The notes under the pieces are model-generated. The model saw nothing but the letters and a program-made list of their open reading frames with translations. It did no database searches and had not been told where the DNA came from. Position numbers and translations under genes: made by a program. Source: Octopus sinensis (Eukaryota). From it: a stretch of DNA of 64,000 nt. Of the stretch, positions 12,641 to 25,873 are shown piece by piece; the stretch's first letter is position 1, and every line of letters begins with the position of its first letter. The stretch lies in contig NC_043017.1 of NCBI RefSeq assembly GCF_006345805.1, forward strand, positions 20,584,001-20,648,000, given 5' to 3'.

Positions 12641-13429
12641 CAATTTATTTTTGTTGATAACATTTAAAAAATGCAATACTGTGGGATTTTAGAAAGGCAC
12701 GAAACCCCTTAACCTTTTCCATACTGACTTGCCAAAGACCGCCTCCATTTGTCCTTCTCTCTTTCTACTTTGCTTTCAAACATGCAATGCAAAATTTCTT
12801 GTTTTTAAACAGTTTGTATTTAAATTAAAACCTTCCATCATAATTTGATTTTAAAAAGGTACCCCACCCCCATTTTTTTTTTTTTTTGCTATCTTCCAGA
12901 AGCGTGACTTAATAATGATAGAGTTAATTATTTTATTAAATCCTATTAAATTTTTGATTATTTCCCCCACCAAATTAATTGGATGACATATGCAGTATAT
13001 TTCCTTAACAACATCAACTTGAAAGGGTAAAGAATATGCAGGGACCTCGTTGATAATATACCAGGGCTGATTGCATTGAAGTATATTTGAAATTAATTTA
13101 TGATCAAGGAAATATGATTCTTTTCAGGCAGGGTATTCGATGAAAGCACGTGAAAGTAATTCCAGGGATGGCATAGGAGAAGGGTTAACTTCTAGGAGTG
13201 AAGGAAAGGTTTACCATATGGTTAAGAAGTTTTCTCTGTAAACCCTGTGATTCGTGGTTCAATCCTACAGCTTGGCAACATAGACAAGTGGACAGGTGTC
13301 TCTTACTTAGGGTCAAGTTGACCAATGCCTTTGAGTGGAATTTATGAGATGTGGAAGTCCATTGTACATGAGTGTTTACACACATATATGTTGCTTGTAT
13401 TTATATATGCATGTACACATTATCATCAT

Positions 13430-13680
13430 CATCATCATCATCATCATCGGTTAACGTCCGCTTTCCATGCTGGCATGGGTTGGACAGTTTGACTGAGGAC
13501 TGGTGAGCCAGATGGCTGCACCAGGCTCCAATCTGATCTGGCAGAGATTCTACAGCTGGATGCCCTTCCTAATGCCAACCACTCCAAGAGTGTAGTGAGT
13601 GCTTTTACGTGCCAGTCAGGTGGTACTGACAATGGCCATGCTGAAATTGTGTTTTTACGTGTCACCTGCACAGGAGCCAG
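13430..13680 (-). mobile_element. SINE-like repeat, family B
   Basis: Same sequence family as 6993-7232. Confidence 0.75.
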
Positions 13681-13952
13681 TCCAGCGACACTGGCAATGC
13701 CCAATAATATATGTGTGTGTGTGTGTGTGAGGTTGTCTTCTCCTTATGCAGAGCCTGACCACCTATTGTACCTACTCCTTAGATCATTTCCAAATTTCTG
13801 GCAGAGGGAATTGCATCATGGTGCTATTTTCCTCACATACGGTGCACAACTGACCCTACTATACTGTGTGGTCACCCAACTCAAAAACAAACAATGTGCA
13901 TGCATAAAAGAAAAAAATATAAAATGGTGACAATTCACTCATCGCACCCTAA

Positions 13953-13986
<34 letters not shown>

Positions 13987-14027
13987 CAAATTAAATGGGT
14001 GGCTTATTAGCAATTCTTTTCTTTTTT

Positions 14028-14196
14028 TAAGAGTTAAATTAACTCTAAAGCCGCTACAGCACTATACTGATGAAAATTAAGGTGGTCTACACCTAAATTC
14101 AAAATTGTGATATGGCTGTGTATGCTGGGGACTTACCCCACCTTTGTCAGTCATTAATGGGAGTGCTTTAGTGACTTTAGAGTTAATTAACTCTTA
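14028..14196. mobile_element. MITE-like foldback element with about 35-bp terminal inverted repeats
   Basis: Left taagagttaaattaactctaaagccgctacagcac versus reverse complement of right taagagttaattaactctaaagtcactaaagcac (3 mismatches, 1 indel); both ends are TA. Confidence 0.6.
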
Positions 14197-15144
14197 TTTT
14201 AGCATAAATGGTGTTAGTTAGCACCCTACGTTACTGTTTGCGACCTCTATTAATTTGCCTTTAGGTTACGCATATGCTTGTATAAACATAAAGCTGTTCA
14301 ATGTAGTGCCCCAGCATGGCCACAGTCTAACGCCGGAAACCAGCAATAAGAATAAAAAGAACAAGAAAGATATCCATATCATCTGGGTGTGAACTATTTA
14401 TGTTATTTTTCAATATAGGTCTTCACTTCACGTTAATGTCAATACAGCAGCTAATGCTGAAATTAAATCTTACCTAAGACTAATTTTCTAACTTGGAATT
14501 GGTAAAGTCTGTATCTGATAGTTTGCTGAGTGTAAACCCCAACATGCCACCCACTTAGCAGAGATCAGTTGGATGCAAGAATTCACACAAGTTTCTGTAG
14601 ATATGTTCCTAACACCAGGTTTTTCCTGTAAACATTGGCCTGCAGCTGTTTGGGTTACACGCTAGTAATGTCTAGCTTATGTTTAGGTTGAACGGGTCAC
14701 AGGAAAGGCCTCCTATTTCTTCCTATTTGTAATTATGCCAGCATATATGTACATGCATATGTATCTGTGTATATATATATGTGCAAGTATGTTTCTAATT
14801 CATCGCATGTATAGATGTGTATATTGGGGAGGAGTGAAAATAAAAATGTTGTTATATTTAATTACTAGAAAAATGCTAAATTTTCGCTGAGACCAATCAT
14901 GAGAATTCACTCCCTCAAGCCCCCTAGACTCCAAAAGTGGGGGATTTAAAAAAAAATTTTTACAATAGCAACATATTTTTTGCCGGAAAAACAAAGGAAA
15001 AATATCATTAAAAGTATAAAAGATTACTGAGAAATACATCCCTTGGAACTTCCCCATCAAGGAAACAAAGAAAAAGACAAAAAAAAGCAGCAGAGGATGG
15101 AGATGAGGAGTAACAGTTTGTACACCCGAGACCAAATGGTATGT

Positions 15145-15812
15145 TCAGCTGCACCCAACAGACATGATTGCAAAGTAGTAGGTCTTATTTCTTAGATAGA
15201 CTGTAGTTATCCTGATTTTGCAGAGAAAGTCAGCAGTGCGAGGTCTGGGATCACCTGAGGTGTTGACAACAGGTACAAACTGATGATAGCAGCGAGTCAG
15301 ACCCCAGTAGTTGCTCATCTTTCTCTCCTTTGCAGTATGGGCAGTGATACCTGGGTTTGCACCTGATACAGTAGAGTTGGAATTGGAAAACGTCTTGTAT
15401 CATATCACATCCCAGATTAGGGATTTGCCTCCCTCATATATAGAGAAGGTTATTCTATTGGGGTACTTACCATTTCTATGGTCAAGATTTACCGACTCCA
15501 GTTGTGATAGGAAGCTAGCCATGTTGAGACCCCTTTTAATTATGTCATTCAAAGCAGCATGTTGGAGGTGGGTGGGCAGCCCATGCTATGACTGCAGGAT
15601 AATGGATGCAGGCCAAATTCATTGTCTACCACTCCACAATGGCATTTGTGCTGCTCACACACGTGGAGAGTGAGGCATTGGGCCACTCTCAGACAAGTGT
15701 ACTCATCATCAAGAAGGTTGATGAAGAGGGCCCCAAATTGAACAATGCACTAATGTTTGGCTGCAAAGTGGAATGGAAGCAGACAAGGTGGTGCTGGTCT
15801 AAAGATGTCTCA
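15145..15812 (-). mobile_element. Degenerate CRE-like non-LTR retrotransposon C-terminus (zinc knuckle plus restriction-like endonuclease)
   Basis: Minus-strand translation across frameshifts: LDDEYTCLRVAQCLTLHVCEQHKCHCGVVDNEFGLHPLSC / HAALNDIIKRGL..LESVNLDHRNGKYPNRITFSIYEGGKSLIWDV, matching the recalled CRE-type pattern CxCG..HxLSC..RHxxLNDII..DGKRPDG..GKxLxWD. Confidence 0.7.
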
Positions 15813-15912
15813 AATGTTTTTCAATCTCAAGAAAACCATTTTATAAATATATACATATATATACATTCTTGCACACATATTTATATAAATAGCCAGGTAG
15901 ATAGATAGATAA

Positions 15913-15954
<42 letters not shown>

Positions 15955-16523
15955 TATGTGTGGGAGAAAGAGACAAGCGAGAGAGAGAGAGAGAGAGGAA
16001 AAAGTAGGAGAAACTGACCATTAAATGTTAATATATCATTTCATTTTGGCATCACGATTCCTGTCTTTGATTAATTCATAAAGAAATATTTCTATGTATT
16101 TATGGTAATCTGTTTATGGAAAATACAAAAATGGCAAAAAGGGGTAAAAAATTGGATATTGAATATTCTAAGCAGCAATTTGACAGAGAAAAAATGCAAT
16201 CAAAACCAGCCTACATTTTTTTCTCTCAGAAATTGGTACTTTTAATACCTGATAGAATTTTTATGTTGAAAATTCTTGTTTGTTGATTCTTTCCCCACTA
16301 AAAATAGATATTTTACTGCAAATATCTTTGGAAAAAAAATTCTTGCTTTTTCCCAATCCGTACACAATTATTCAGTTTAAAAGCTGTAAACATGGATTTA
16401 GTTTACCAATCACTGAAGAGGTCTTTTGTATTTTATTCTGTGCATTTTTCATGTACTTTTGGCTACCAATGCTTTCATTCTTTACTTGACTCATATGTCA
16501 GATTTCTGTTCCTTCTTTTAACT

Positions 16524-16674
16524 TTTTATGATGGACTACTGCGTCAGCTGTTCACTACCATTGAACTAAGGTAACACCTCTTATTTTTCAAGCACCTTCC
16601 AGAATATTCGAGCGGTTTCAAGCAGTGCTGTTTTCTGCAAGTGCTCCACCTTTATTGCAGCCCCTATTTGTTCC

Positions 16675-16679
<5 letters not shown>
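16524..16679 (-). mobile_element. R4/Dong-like non-LTR retrotransposon extreme 3' end
   Basis: YLEQIGAAIKVEHLQKTALLETARIFWKVLEK* resembles the LQKxxLLGTARILRKVL C-terminus of R4-clade ORFs; the truncation point abuts an (AAT)n tract. Confidence 0.6.
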
Positions 16680-16734
<55 letters not shown>

Positions 16735-17794
16735 CATTTTTATTATCATAGAGTTAAAAAGAAAAATAATAATTCTTAATGTTCATTATAAGAAGAAAAT
16801 TCCTTTTTTTTTGTTATATAGTCAAGACAAATTTATAGCCATTATAAAAACCTTTGCGGATTAAAGGATAAATATATTAAAACTAATTTTATAATGTCGT
16901 GTTCCTTAAGTGGGCTTGTGTGACTGGTCATAATAAGCTGCCAATATGATGAAATTAATTTCTCACGGTGAACCGTAAACATATAAAAGTTTGTCATAAA
17001 ACTTAATTAGCAGTGTCATGTATTAAATAAAGATATATGACTTAATGAAATGTTGCTGTCATTAACAAGGAAAAAAACCCAAACAAAACAGATAATAAAA
17101 CAAGATTTGATGGTATGATGAGAAGGGCCAGAACATTTATAAGATTTAAAATGTATTATATATCACCAACATCACTGTTTTAATGTCCACTTTTCTATGC
17201 TAGCATGGGTTGGATGGAATTTTTTGAAGTTAATTTCCTATGGCTGGATGCCTTTCCTGTCACCAACTCTTGTTTGTTTCCAAATAATGAAATACTTTCC
17301 CGTGGCTAGACATGTTTTTATTCATAGGAGTGTGGTAGTCAAGGAAGCCACTTGTCTGTTGACCAGCGTTTAGAATTAGGAAATGCGACATTTTGTGATA
17401 GTTACAAGGTGAGCAGAGTAACACACACATACAAACACGCACACACACACACATGCACACACATATACACACACATGCACGACAGATTCCTTTCAGCTTT
17501 TGTCTACTGAATTCACTCACAATACATTTTTTGAGAAAGTGCTATTGGCAGTCAACACTAATTCAAGGTGCCACACAGTGAGACTAATATTCCAAGTTAG
17601 ATGGAAGCTGCGAGACCACATGGAGCAGTTTGCTGTGACTCCTATAGTATGCACGACCAAAACCCCTATGGGGGTGTCCTATGGGATGACCAACATGAGA
17701 GAGAGATAATAATTATATATATATATATAATTATTAACTTAGTATATATTTGTATGCATATATATATATATGTATATATATAAATATATATATA

Positions 17795-17998
17795 TTGGTA
17801 AAAACGGTAAGATAAGAGAAGAAAGAAAGAGACCTCAATATCATGTAAATAGAGGAATTTATCCATAAAATAATATGTGACAATTATTCAATAGCCAAGA
17901 TAAAACTCTGAGTTTCGGATGCCGAGGTGGAAATCCACAACACCATCTCTTTGGTCAATTGCTATTGAATAATTGTCACATATTATTTTACAGATAAA
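17795..17998 (-). mobile_element. Foldback repeat, family P3, with degenerate hammerhead-like core
   Basis: Perfect 29-bp inverted arms at 17867-17895 and 17961-17989; same family as 43386-43650; flanked by (TA)n. Confidence 0.7.
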
Positions 17999-18128
17999 TA
18001 TATATATATATATGTATACATATGTATACACATGTTTGAAATAATGGTTCTCAAAACATAACACAAACAACAATAAAGAACAGCATAAAAATATTAGATC
18101 GAGAAATCCTTTTAGATGTATGTGACAT

Positions 18129-18174
<46 letters not shown>

Positions 18175-18219
18175 GTATATATATTATATATATATACACA
18201 TATATTCATACACACATGC

Positions 18220-18254
<35 letters not shown>

Positions 18255-18756
18255 TCACTCATATACATACACACAAGCGTACTATTATCATGGTCAAGTC
18301 AGTCTTTTTCTACTCTCAAGTTCTGCCTGTGGGTGCATAAGGTCTACAGGCAAGTTATAATATATATATATATATATATATATAAAGATAATTATAATTA
18401 AGGACATAAAAAAAAATCTTGTCTATATGCTTCACCTTAATGGGTCTATTTTTATATGCTGGCCACTGATGAAATTTTTAACGATTTTATTCTTTATCAT
18501 TATAAATGAATATATCTAAAGATAGGTAGATGGATATTAAATCTGTAAACAGGTCACAGTTTTGAGTGACAAAAATATAAAAACTATATTAAAATAAATG
18601 TTTAAGTGAAGTTTATGGTCCTTGTGTGTTTCTGAATGGCTAACTTCTGTCTTTCATGTTGCATTCACTACAATAAGTAGATATTTAAGTTCCTTATATT
18701 GTTATAAGTACAACAGGTCATAAATTATGTTTATATATATAGATATATATATATAT

Positions 18757-19033
18757 GGAGGCGCAATGACCCAGTGGTTAGGGCAGCGGACTCGCGGTCG
18801 TAGGATCGTGGTTTCGATTCCCAGACCGGGCGTTGTGAATGTTTATTGAGTGAAAACATCTAAAAGCTCCACGAGGCTCTGGCAGGGGGTGGTGATCCCT
18901 GCTGTACTCTTTCACCACTCTTCCTTCTGTTGGCCTGTTCGCTTAGCCAGTGGGGTGGCGTCATTCGAAGGCTAAAACAATGCGAACGCATTGTGACCAG
19001 CGATGTGTAACAACATCTGATGGTCTGGTCGGT

Positions 19034-19040
<7 letters not shown>
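18757..19040 (+). mobile_element. tRNA(Arg)-like SINE, family E (possibly related to the octopus OR-type SINEs)
   Basis: Head ggcgcaatgacccagtggttagggcagcggactcgcggtcgtaggatcgtggtttcgattccc has A/B boxes and a TCG-like anticodon loop, followed by about 200 bp of non-tRNA body; (TA)n on both sides; a decayed 3' piece lies near 38740-38800. The family name is from recall. Confidence 0.75.
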
Positions 19041-19072
<32 letters not shown>

Positions 19073-19705
19073 TAATTCAAATAGAGGTTATGTTGACCTC
19101 ATGAAGGGATTGTATCATCCAAGGAGATACTGGTTCAATACCTAATGATTTTTAGGGGGGAGGTTAATATCCATAAAATGATAGGTTTATATGTGGACTG
19201 GCAAGCCAGGAAGCTACACCAGGCTCCAATCTGATCTGGAAATGTTTCTATAACTGGATGCCCTTCCTAATGCCAACCAATCTGAGGGTGTAGTGGTTCC
19301 TATACAGTATAATCAATATTTTTTTTATTGATTTTATTTTATTTTATCTAGTCTCAGCTCACGAGCTGTGGCCACAGATTTCTTCAATGTCCACATCTGG
19401 GTTGTTATAGATACATTTGGGTGTTGTTTATCAGAAGGTTAAGTGAGCAGGGCTTCATAGTCTTGTATGACCTTCTCTTTTTTCAGGAGATTTAGCTGCG
19501 TTTTCTTAGTAGATAGAGAGACCAATGCAATAATTACGTTACACGACCTTCCTTCATTTCAAGAGGTATGGTTGCTATTTCTAGCAGATTTAGTGACCAC
19601 GTAGAAGCTCCTATGAGGCAAACAAACCATTCTGAATGAACAAGCAATTTAGACCTACTTAATAAGAACTATTTAGAAACAACAACAACAACAATAACAA
19701 TAATA

Positions 19706-19772
<67 letters not shown>

Positions 19773-20139
19773 TAGCATTATTACTGGAGAAATAATTAAC
19801 CTAGAAGACCAGATTTCAATTGCTTCATGCTTAGATAAACAACAATGAAGGCTGTTTGTTTGATTATTTAATATTGAACACTTCTGGTAAAGGTGGTGCC
19901 ATGTGGTTGTGTGGTTGTGTGTGTGTGAGTGTAGTTCCGTGTGTGTGTCTGTGTGTGTGAGTGTAGATCCGTGTGTGTGTCAGTGTGTGTTTGGTGGGTG
20001 GTGGAATAGTTGCAACTTCTCAATACATTAAATTGAATGGCTAATAGATTTGCTCAGGTTAATTCGAGGAATGCTGCGTAAGTTGGGGGGGGGAGAGAAA
20101 TATTAAAAATGAAACGGTAAACATAAAAAAAATAGTGAC

Positions 20140-20196
20140 GGCGACGATGACGACGACGACAATGATGATGACGATGATGATGATGATAATAACAAC

Positions 20197-20236
<40 letters not shown>

Positions 20237-20434
20237 GTAATTTTAAAAGCAATTTGGTTAAAAATGTATAATCTAGACGCAGCCTAAAAAATAATAATGA
20301 TATCACTACTGCTGCTGCTAATAAGAATAATAGTAACTACAACAATGATAATACCAACAATAATAGCAGTAATAATAATATTAACAATAACAACAATGAC
20401 AACAACAACCACAACAATGATAATAATAATAATA

Positions 20435-20468
<34 letters not shown>

Positions 20469-20603
20469 GAATGATGATGATGGTAATAATAATAATGATG
20501 ATGATGATGATGGTAATAATAATAATAATAATAATTATAATGATGATGATGATGATGATGAGAATGATGATGATGGTAATAATAATAATAATAATAATAA
20601 TGT

Positions 20604-20634
<31 letters not shown>

Positions 20635-20660
20635 AATAATAACAATAATAATGAAATTGT
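20140..20660. repeat. Compound (AAT)n/(GAT)n trinucleotide tract
   Basis: Directly visible. Confidence 0.9.
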
Positions 20661-21537
20661 TTGTTTATAGATTGAAATAAAGGGCAGTGAAGCATTTGTT
20701 GGATTTTCAAGATCAGTAAGCAGATATACATACTGAATATATGATAAAGGGGGGGGGGGAAAAAACAACACGTGAGATGTTAGAAAAATATTAAATGGTG
20801 CTAAAGGCCAACCATTTTATTTTGTTTTTGCTTTTTTTTGGGGGGTTTTGCTTCTGAATCTTGATTCCATTGTAATAGAGAAACAATATTATATTTGCTC
20901 GCATTTAGCAACTTAGTGGTTTGTTTGTTTGTTTCTTTTTTTCTCCCTGTTTTTTTTTTTAGGGTGGGGCAGGGGTGTAATTTCTTGCAGGAATAATTTC
21001 CAACGGTGAAAAAACCAAAAAAAAAGAAGAACACCCTCGAAATTTTTCTTATGGAAAACCAACCACTAAGAGGATTTCCGAAAATGATTAAAACTGTATC
21101 GATATGGGATTATGGAAGGAATTTGAGATAAAAGGGGTTCCTAACATGGAATCTATCGATTTGTTGCTGGGATGATCCACAGATTTTTCCGATTTTTCTG
21201 CATAAGTTTACCAAACCTATATGCTAAGCCCTATTAATGCAGCTCTTGGGCATTTTACAATCCAGTATTGCAAGAATAATGGTTCGAAGTTTGGGCCCAA
21301 GACCTGTAAGAAGTGGTTAGTTGATTACATAAATGCCATTTCATCTATCTTCATATTCAGAGTTCAAATGCCGCCATCTTTTTGGGGTTGATAAAATAAG
21401 TGCCATTTATACACTTGGGTCAATATGATCAACTAGTCCCTTCGCCCATAATTTCAGGCCTTGTGCCTATAGTAGAAAGGATTATTATTATCATTATTAT
21501 TATTACTATTATCATTATTATTATTATTATTATTATT

Positions 21538-21954
21538 GAGTGAGAGAGCAGTTCATGCCATCAAAGTGACACTGGGGTAAAATATACGAAGCCCAATATA
21601 CCCATCATGTCTACCCGTCGGATAAGGGTAGACCAGGCACATGCATCACAACCATATGTGCGCGACATGGTGATCTCATATCAAGATAAACAGCACATGA
21701 CCTTGCAGGTGGGGCCCAGTTAGAATTTTCTTCAGGTTGAGTAGCCCATCCCACTCAAAAGGTCCCTGAATAAGGGATGTTTAAGGATGTTGAAAGAACT
21801 ACCCATGTTTCCAGAGGTGAATTATTCAAACCCCAAAGAATCACTCTCAACACATGGCTATGATGCTCCCCCACTACTTCTGCTCGTGATCAGAGATGCA
21901 CATATCGTCAGCCACCAAGGGACATGCTCAACTGGTTATGGTCAAACAACTGAC
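21538..21954 (-). mobile_element. Unclassified about 420-bp interspersed element embedded in (TTA)n, probably a LINE 3' UTR with (AAT)n tail
   Basis: A GC-richer block sharply bounded by (TTA)n on both sides, with no ORF. Single copy here, so repeat status rests on recall of octopus repeats. Confidence 0.5.
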
Positions 21955-21999
21955 TTATTATTATTATTATTATCATTACTATTATTATCATCGTTATTA

Positions 22000-22200
22000 A
22001 GGTGGGGAGCTGGCAGAATTGTTGGCACGCTGGATGAAATGCTTAGCAGTATTTCATCTGTTTCATGCTGTGAGTTCAAATTCCACCAAGGTCAACTTTG
22101 CCTTTTATCCTTTTGGGGTCAATAAAATAAGTACCAGTTGAAACACTGGGGTCCATGTAATTGACTTATCCCCTACCCCTGAAATTACTGGCTTTGTACC
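22000..22200 (+). mobile_element. SINE family C
   Basis: aaggtggggagctggcagaa..gagttcaaattccaccaaggtcaactttgccttttatcc. Confidence 0.7.
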
Positions 22201-22974
22201 AAAATATGAAATGTAACCTTTCGTCCTATTTTGTCCCTTTATGTTTTCCAATCATGTTTGTCAGCCCTTGTGGCCAATAAAAAGAATTAATTATAATTAT
22301 CGTTAAATCAGCAAGCTTGCATAATCATTAGCATGGCAGACAAAATGCTGAGTGGCAATTTTCTGGGGGGTTTTTTTTTTTTTTTTTTTTTTGTTTATTT
22401 GTTTTTACATTCCGACTTCAAATGCTGCCAAGGTCGACTTTGCCGTTCCCCTTTCCATGGTCGATAAAATAAAGTACCATTTAAGGAACAGGGATGATGC
22501 CATCGACAAGCCACCCCCTCCCAGAACCGTTCATGGCCTTGTGCTAACAGCAGTAAGAATTATCTTAATCTCTGGCGGTCTCATTCATTTAACATCAGGA
22601 AATGCGACTATATCTGAGTTCCATCTGTTTTTATGCTTGATGTCTGCTTAAAGAAATTATTCCAAAATAAATACTTTCGGCAACAAGATTATCATATATT
22701 CTTTGAGACTGATGTGGGTTTTACAGATTCATATTTTCTTTCTGCATTTCTTTGGCTTTGAGAAAGAACAAAATATCTTTGACATTATAGTATATATATA
22801 TATCGAAGAATATTGAATATATATTTAGTGATTGGCATTGTTTTAATATCGTTCAACATCTAAGATTATCATGGGATATTGTTGCTATTGAAGATCAGCT
22901 TCAAAATATTCAATATGAGATAGAATATAGATGTGTGTATATATATATATGTGTGTATATGTTAGTGAGCATGT

Positions 22975-23005
<31 letters not shown>

Positions 23006-23307
23006 TATATATATATGTATATATATGTATATATATATATATATATAATATATATATATATATATACATACATATAGTATATACACATACATGCATGCAC
23101 ACACACATATCTAAATAGATTTATGTATTGGTGTGTGCGTGTATACATATGCATATAAATGTATGTATTGTGTGAGTATATATGTGTATGTACGGGTTTG
23201 TGTGCGTGTATACTGTTTATTCATACATGTGTGTGTGTGTGTATGTATATGTGTCTGCATATATATACATACATACATATACATATATATATATATATAC
23301 ATATATG

Positions 23308-23382
<75 letters not shown>

Positions 23383-23849
23383 TATATATATGTATATGTA
23401 TAAGCCCTATCACAAAAATAGGAAAAAATGGAAAGAAAAAAACTTACGAGATTATGGAAACAAAATTGAAAAGGATAACAAAATAGCAAAAAACACATGA
23501 AAAACAGAAACCCCCCCCCTCAACAACAATAACAGGAAGAGCAACAAAGAAATTATCAAAAGGATTAGAATATATTCCATTCAAATACGAATGATTTATG
23601 AGTAGCAATAATCCATAAATTGATATAAAACCTCTTTGTAGTAGCAGCAGAGATTGTTACCAAACAGAAATAGTATTCAAGAGATATGGAGTTGAATGGT
23701 AAAAATGACTGACAAATATTTTGTGCATTTTCATTAAAAGAGTTACGGCTGTATCCTTTTATTTTATGCTTGTTTCAGCTATTAGTCTGTGGCCATGCTG
23801 GGGTACTGCTTTGGAGAATTTTAGTCGAAGAAATCAACCTGAGTATTTA

Positions 23850-24258
23850 CTCTCTTTCTCTTTTACTCTCTTTTACTTGTTTCAGTCATTTGACTGCGGC
23901 CATGCTGGAGCACCGCTTTTAGTTGAGCAAATCGAGCCTGGGACTTATGCTTTGTAAGCCCAGTACTTATTCTATCGGTCTCTTTTGCCGAACCGCTAAG
24001 TGACGGGGACGTAAACACACCAGCATCGGTTGTCAAACAATGCTAGAGGGACAAACACAGACACACAAACACACATATACATATATATATATATACGACA
24101 GGCTTCTTTCAGTTTCCGTCTACCAAATCCACTCACAAGGCATTGGTCGGCGCGGAGCTATAGCAAAAGACACTTGCCCAAGATGCCACGCAGTGGGACT
24201 GAACCCTGAAGCATGTGGTTGGTTAGCAAGCTACTTACCACACAGCCACTCCTGCGCC
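23850..24258 (-). mobile_element. SINE family A, full length
   Basis: Reverse complement of 3518-3925. Confidence 0.85.
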
Positions 24259-24289
24259 ACTTGTTTCATTTTACTTTTTTTTTAGCCTG

Positions 24290-24511
24290 ATTTCTCTCCT
24301 ATCGGTCTCTTTTGCTGAACTGCTAGGCTACAGGGACGTAAACATGCCAATACCTGCTGTAAAGTGGTGGTGGGGGACAAACATACACGCATAACTATAT
24401 ATACAGATAGATAGATAAAAAAATTAGAAAAAAAAAACACCTTTTATCAATATATATATATATATATATATATAAATATATATATATCACCTTTTATCAA
24501 TATATATATAT

Positions 24512-24544
<33 letters not shown>

Positions 24545-24558
24545 AGATAGATATATAG

Positions 24559-24617
<59 letters not shown>

Positions 24618-25620
24618 GATATATATATATGATGGGCTTCTAGTTTCTATCAAATCCACTCAAAGGAATTTTTCCAGTCCAAGGCTATAGTAGAAGACAT
24701 TTATCCAAGGTGCCACACAGTGGGACTGAACCCAAAACCATGTGGTTTGTAAGCAGACTTCTTACCACACGGCCACACCTGAATCTATATAGAGTATATG
24801 TTTAATATTGTTTATCTTTTACTTGCTTTAGTCATTAGCCTGCAGCCATGCTGGAGCACCACCTTCAAAAATTTTAGTTGAGTGAATCAATCCGAGTACT
24901 TAGTTTTTGTTTTTGTAGCCTAATTCTTATTCTAGCAGTCTCTTTTACCAAACTGCTAAGTTACAGGAATGTAAACATACCAACACCGGTTGTCAAGTGG
25001 TCGTGGAGAATAAACAAAGACACACATAAATATATATATAGGCTTCTTCTAATTTTTGTCTCTCAAATTGTCCTGAGGCTAAAGTAGAAGACATTTTCCC
25101 GAGGTACTATGCAATGGGACTGAACCCAGAACCATGTGGTTAGTAAGCAAGCTACTTACCACACAGCCACACCTGCATGTATATATATATATATATATGT
25201 TTTATATCCTTTATCTTTTGTTTCAGTCGTTGGACTGTGGCCATGATGGAGCACTGCTTTAAAGGGTTTCAGTGAAACTAATCGACCACAGGACTTATTT
25301 TATCGTTATTATTACTTTTGTACATGTTTTAAGTCTGGTAACTTTTTCTATTGGTCTCTTTTGCCAAACCACTATGTTATGGGAATGCAAACAAACCAAC
25401 ACCAGCTACTAAGTGGTTGAGTGGGGGACACCCACATGTAGATATATATATATTCACAAACACACACACAAAAGGTTTCCACAAAGTTTCTATCAACCAA
25501 ATTCACTTACAAGGTATTGGTTGACATTGGGTTATAGCAGAAGACACTTGCCAAAGGTACTGTGCTGTGGGACTGAACCCCAAACCTCAGGGTTGCAAGA
25601 TGAGCTTCTTAACCACATGT
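24290..25620 (-). mobile_element. Cluster of three further minus-strand family A SINE copies (about 24290-24783, 24812-25158, 25205-25620)
   Basis: Repeated reverse-complement heads (gggactgaaccc..cttaccacac) and tails (tttcagtc..ccatgctggagcac). Confidence 0.7.
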
Positions 25621-25873
25621 CAATATTTTACTTCTTTTCATCGAGGACAACCAGGGAATCCAACACACACACACATAGAATTAATACTAGTGGCAAATTT
25701 TTGCAGAAGGCCAGCAAAAATGGAGGGAGGGGTTAAGATGATTACATCAACCCCTGTACTCAGCTGGTACTTATTTTATCGATCACCCCCTCCCCCCGCA
25801 TCCCAAACGATGAAAGGTAAAGTTGACCTCGGTAGAGTTTCAACTCACAATGTAAAAACAGCGGAAATACTTA

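Noticed and set aside
18757-18835. tRNA-Arg gene
   Set aside because: The acceptor and T stems pair poorly and the sequence continues into a SINE body, so it is a tRNA-derived head.
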